Shown: positions 63,330-64,000 of the stretch, one piece after another
Numbering within the stretch: the stretch's first letter is position 1
Layout of the letters: each line of letters begins with the position of its first letter
Assembly: GCA_963663965.2 (NCBI GenBank)
Contig: CAXXFK010000030.1
Coordinates: 263,771 to 327,770 of the forward strand
Direction of reading: 5' to 3'
Source: Sedimentisphaerales bacterium
GTDB taxonomy: Bacteria; Planctomycetota; Phycisphaerae; Sedimentisphaerales; SM23-30
DNA length: 64,000 nucleotides
The notes under the pieces: model-generated
The model's input: the letters and a program-made list of their open reading frames with translations, nothing else
The model's database searches: none
What the model was told of the DNA's origin: nothing
Translations under genes and position numbers: made by a program

Positions 63330-63656
63330 TTAAAAACTGTTGGGATCGTTACCCGTATTAAACTGATCCATATTTCCGCCGGTATCCATACCCGGTTCGG
63401 AAACAGGCATTGAACCGACGTTGGCAGAAGGAACTGAGACCTCTTCTGTGATACGGTCCTCAGCAATAGAGACTGCTTTGCCTTCACTGACGATCCGTTT
63501 GGCCAGCTGGTCGTCAGGGATATTCAAAGGGCGAACGGCAATACCATCATACTTGGTATCAAACTTCTCCATAGTTTCGACATTATTCTTACGGCAACCA
63601 CATAAAGCCAAAGACAGTGCTAATAGACATAAAGTGATATGACAAAAAGTTTTCAT
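63330..63656 (-). CDS. Hypothetical lipoprotein
   Basis: Lipobox LCGC. Confidence 0.6.
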   Translation of the reverse strand: MKTFCHITLCLLALSLALCGCRKNNVETMEKFDTKYDGIAVRPLNIPDDQLAKRIVSEGKAVSIAEDRITEEVSVPSANVGSMPVSEPGMDTGGNMDQFNTGNDPNSF

Positions 63657-63808
63657 GGCGAAAATTCCTGATACAAGCGGCATGATTTTATCAATATGAA
63701 GAAAATATAATTATAACCCAGGTTGTCTAAAAAAACACGCTTTTTTTGTCCCGGTTTGATAATCTTCGGCCTAATGAACAGTAATTGACTAGAATTAAGA
63801 GAGTTATG

Positions 63809-64000
63809 TTACATCAGGGATGCCAGTGGCTTGACCAGAGACACAATATCATCAGCGCTGTAAGAGTGATCAAGATCAAATTGGACATAGCACCCATGAG
63901 GATGGTCGCTGGCCAGGATTAACAATTGTTCGTGGGCACGCTTGAAACCATTCACCTGTGGTTCATGGCCCATGATGAATAGTATTATGTCCCAGCGGAG
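63809..64000 (-). CDS. 3' end of a gene entering from the window edge (metallophosphoesterase-like C-terminus, tentative)
   Basis: Open frame ..FIMGHEPQVNG..LILASDHPHG..LASLM* translated by hand. Confidence 0.45.
   Translation of the reverse strand, partial: LRWDIILFIMGHEPQVNGFKRAHEQLLILASDHPHGCYVQFDLDHSYSADDIVSLVKPLASLM

Noticed and set aside
47200..64000. DGR template repeat or reverse transcriptase in the window
   Set aside because: No third, AAC-rich copy of the variable segment was seen by eye, and no ORF has RT motifs.

Overview
A 64-kb bacterial chromosomal window. Recurrent dockerin-like 'GDLNxDCxVDxxD..QWL' modules, the paired ClpP genes and the many sulfatases suggest an anaerobic planctomycete (Phycisphaerae, Sedimentisphaerales-like); this is inference. 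In order it holds: (1) a chemotaxis-operon fragment (STAS, soluble MCP-like); (2) a minus-strand run apbE, Tat [NiFe]-hydrogenase small and large subunits, maturation protease, and a 1444-aa secreted protein with a DUF2271-like N-terminus carrying a TGAT flavinylation motif; (3) tRNA-Gly, tig, clpP, clpP; (4) a peptidoglycan-sugar recycling cluster (anmK, sugar kinase, SSS transporter, murQ, SxxK hydrolase); (5) an AT-richer six-gene lipoprotein/YD-repeat operon with LpoB- and YcfL-like genes; (6) a sulfatase/glycoside hydrolase block; (7) a variable surface-protein region with two FGE/CLec-fold paralogs, two DUF285/BspA-type repeat proteins, dispersed non-coding repeats, an IS66 nested in an IS630 and an IS5-like element; (8) a carboxylesterase, an Rrf2 regulator and a lipoprotein. 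Many indels between about 12 and 22 kb are probably assembly errors. The best leads are that the 3' ends of the two FGE paralogs show a diversity-generating-retroelement (DGR) variable-region signature with no template or RT in the window, and that the hydrogenase seems paired with ApbE and a flavinylatable surface protein rather than a cytochrome b.
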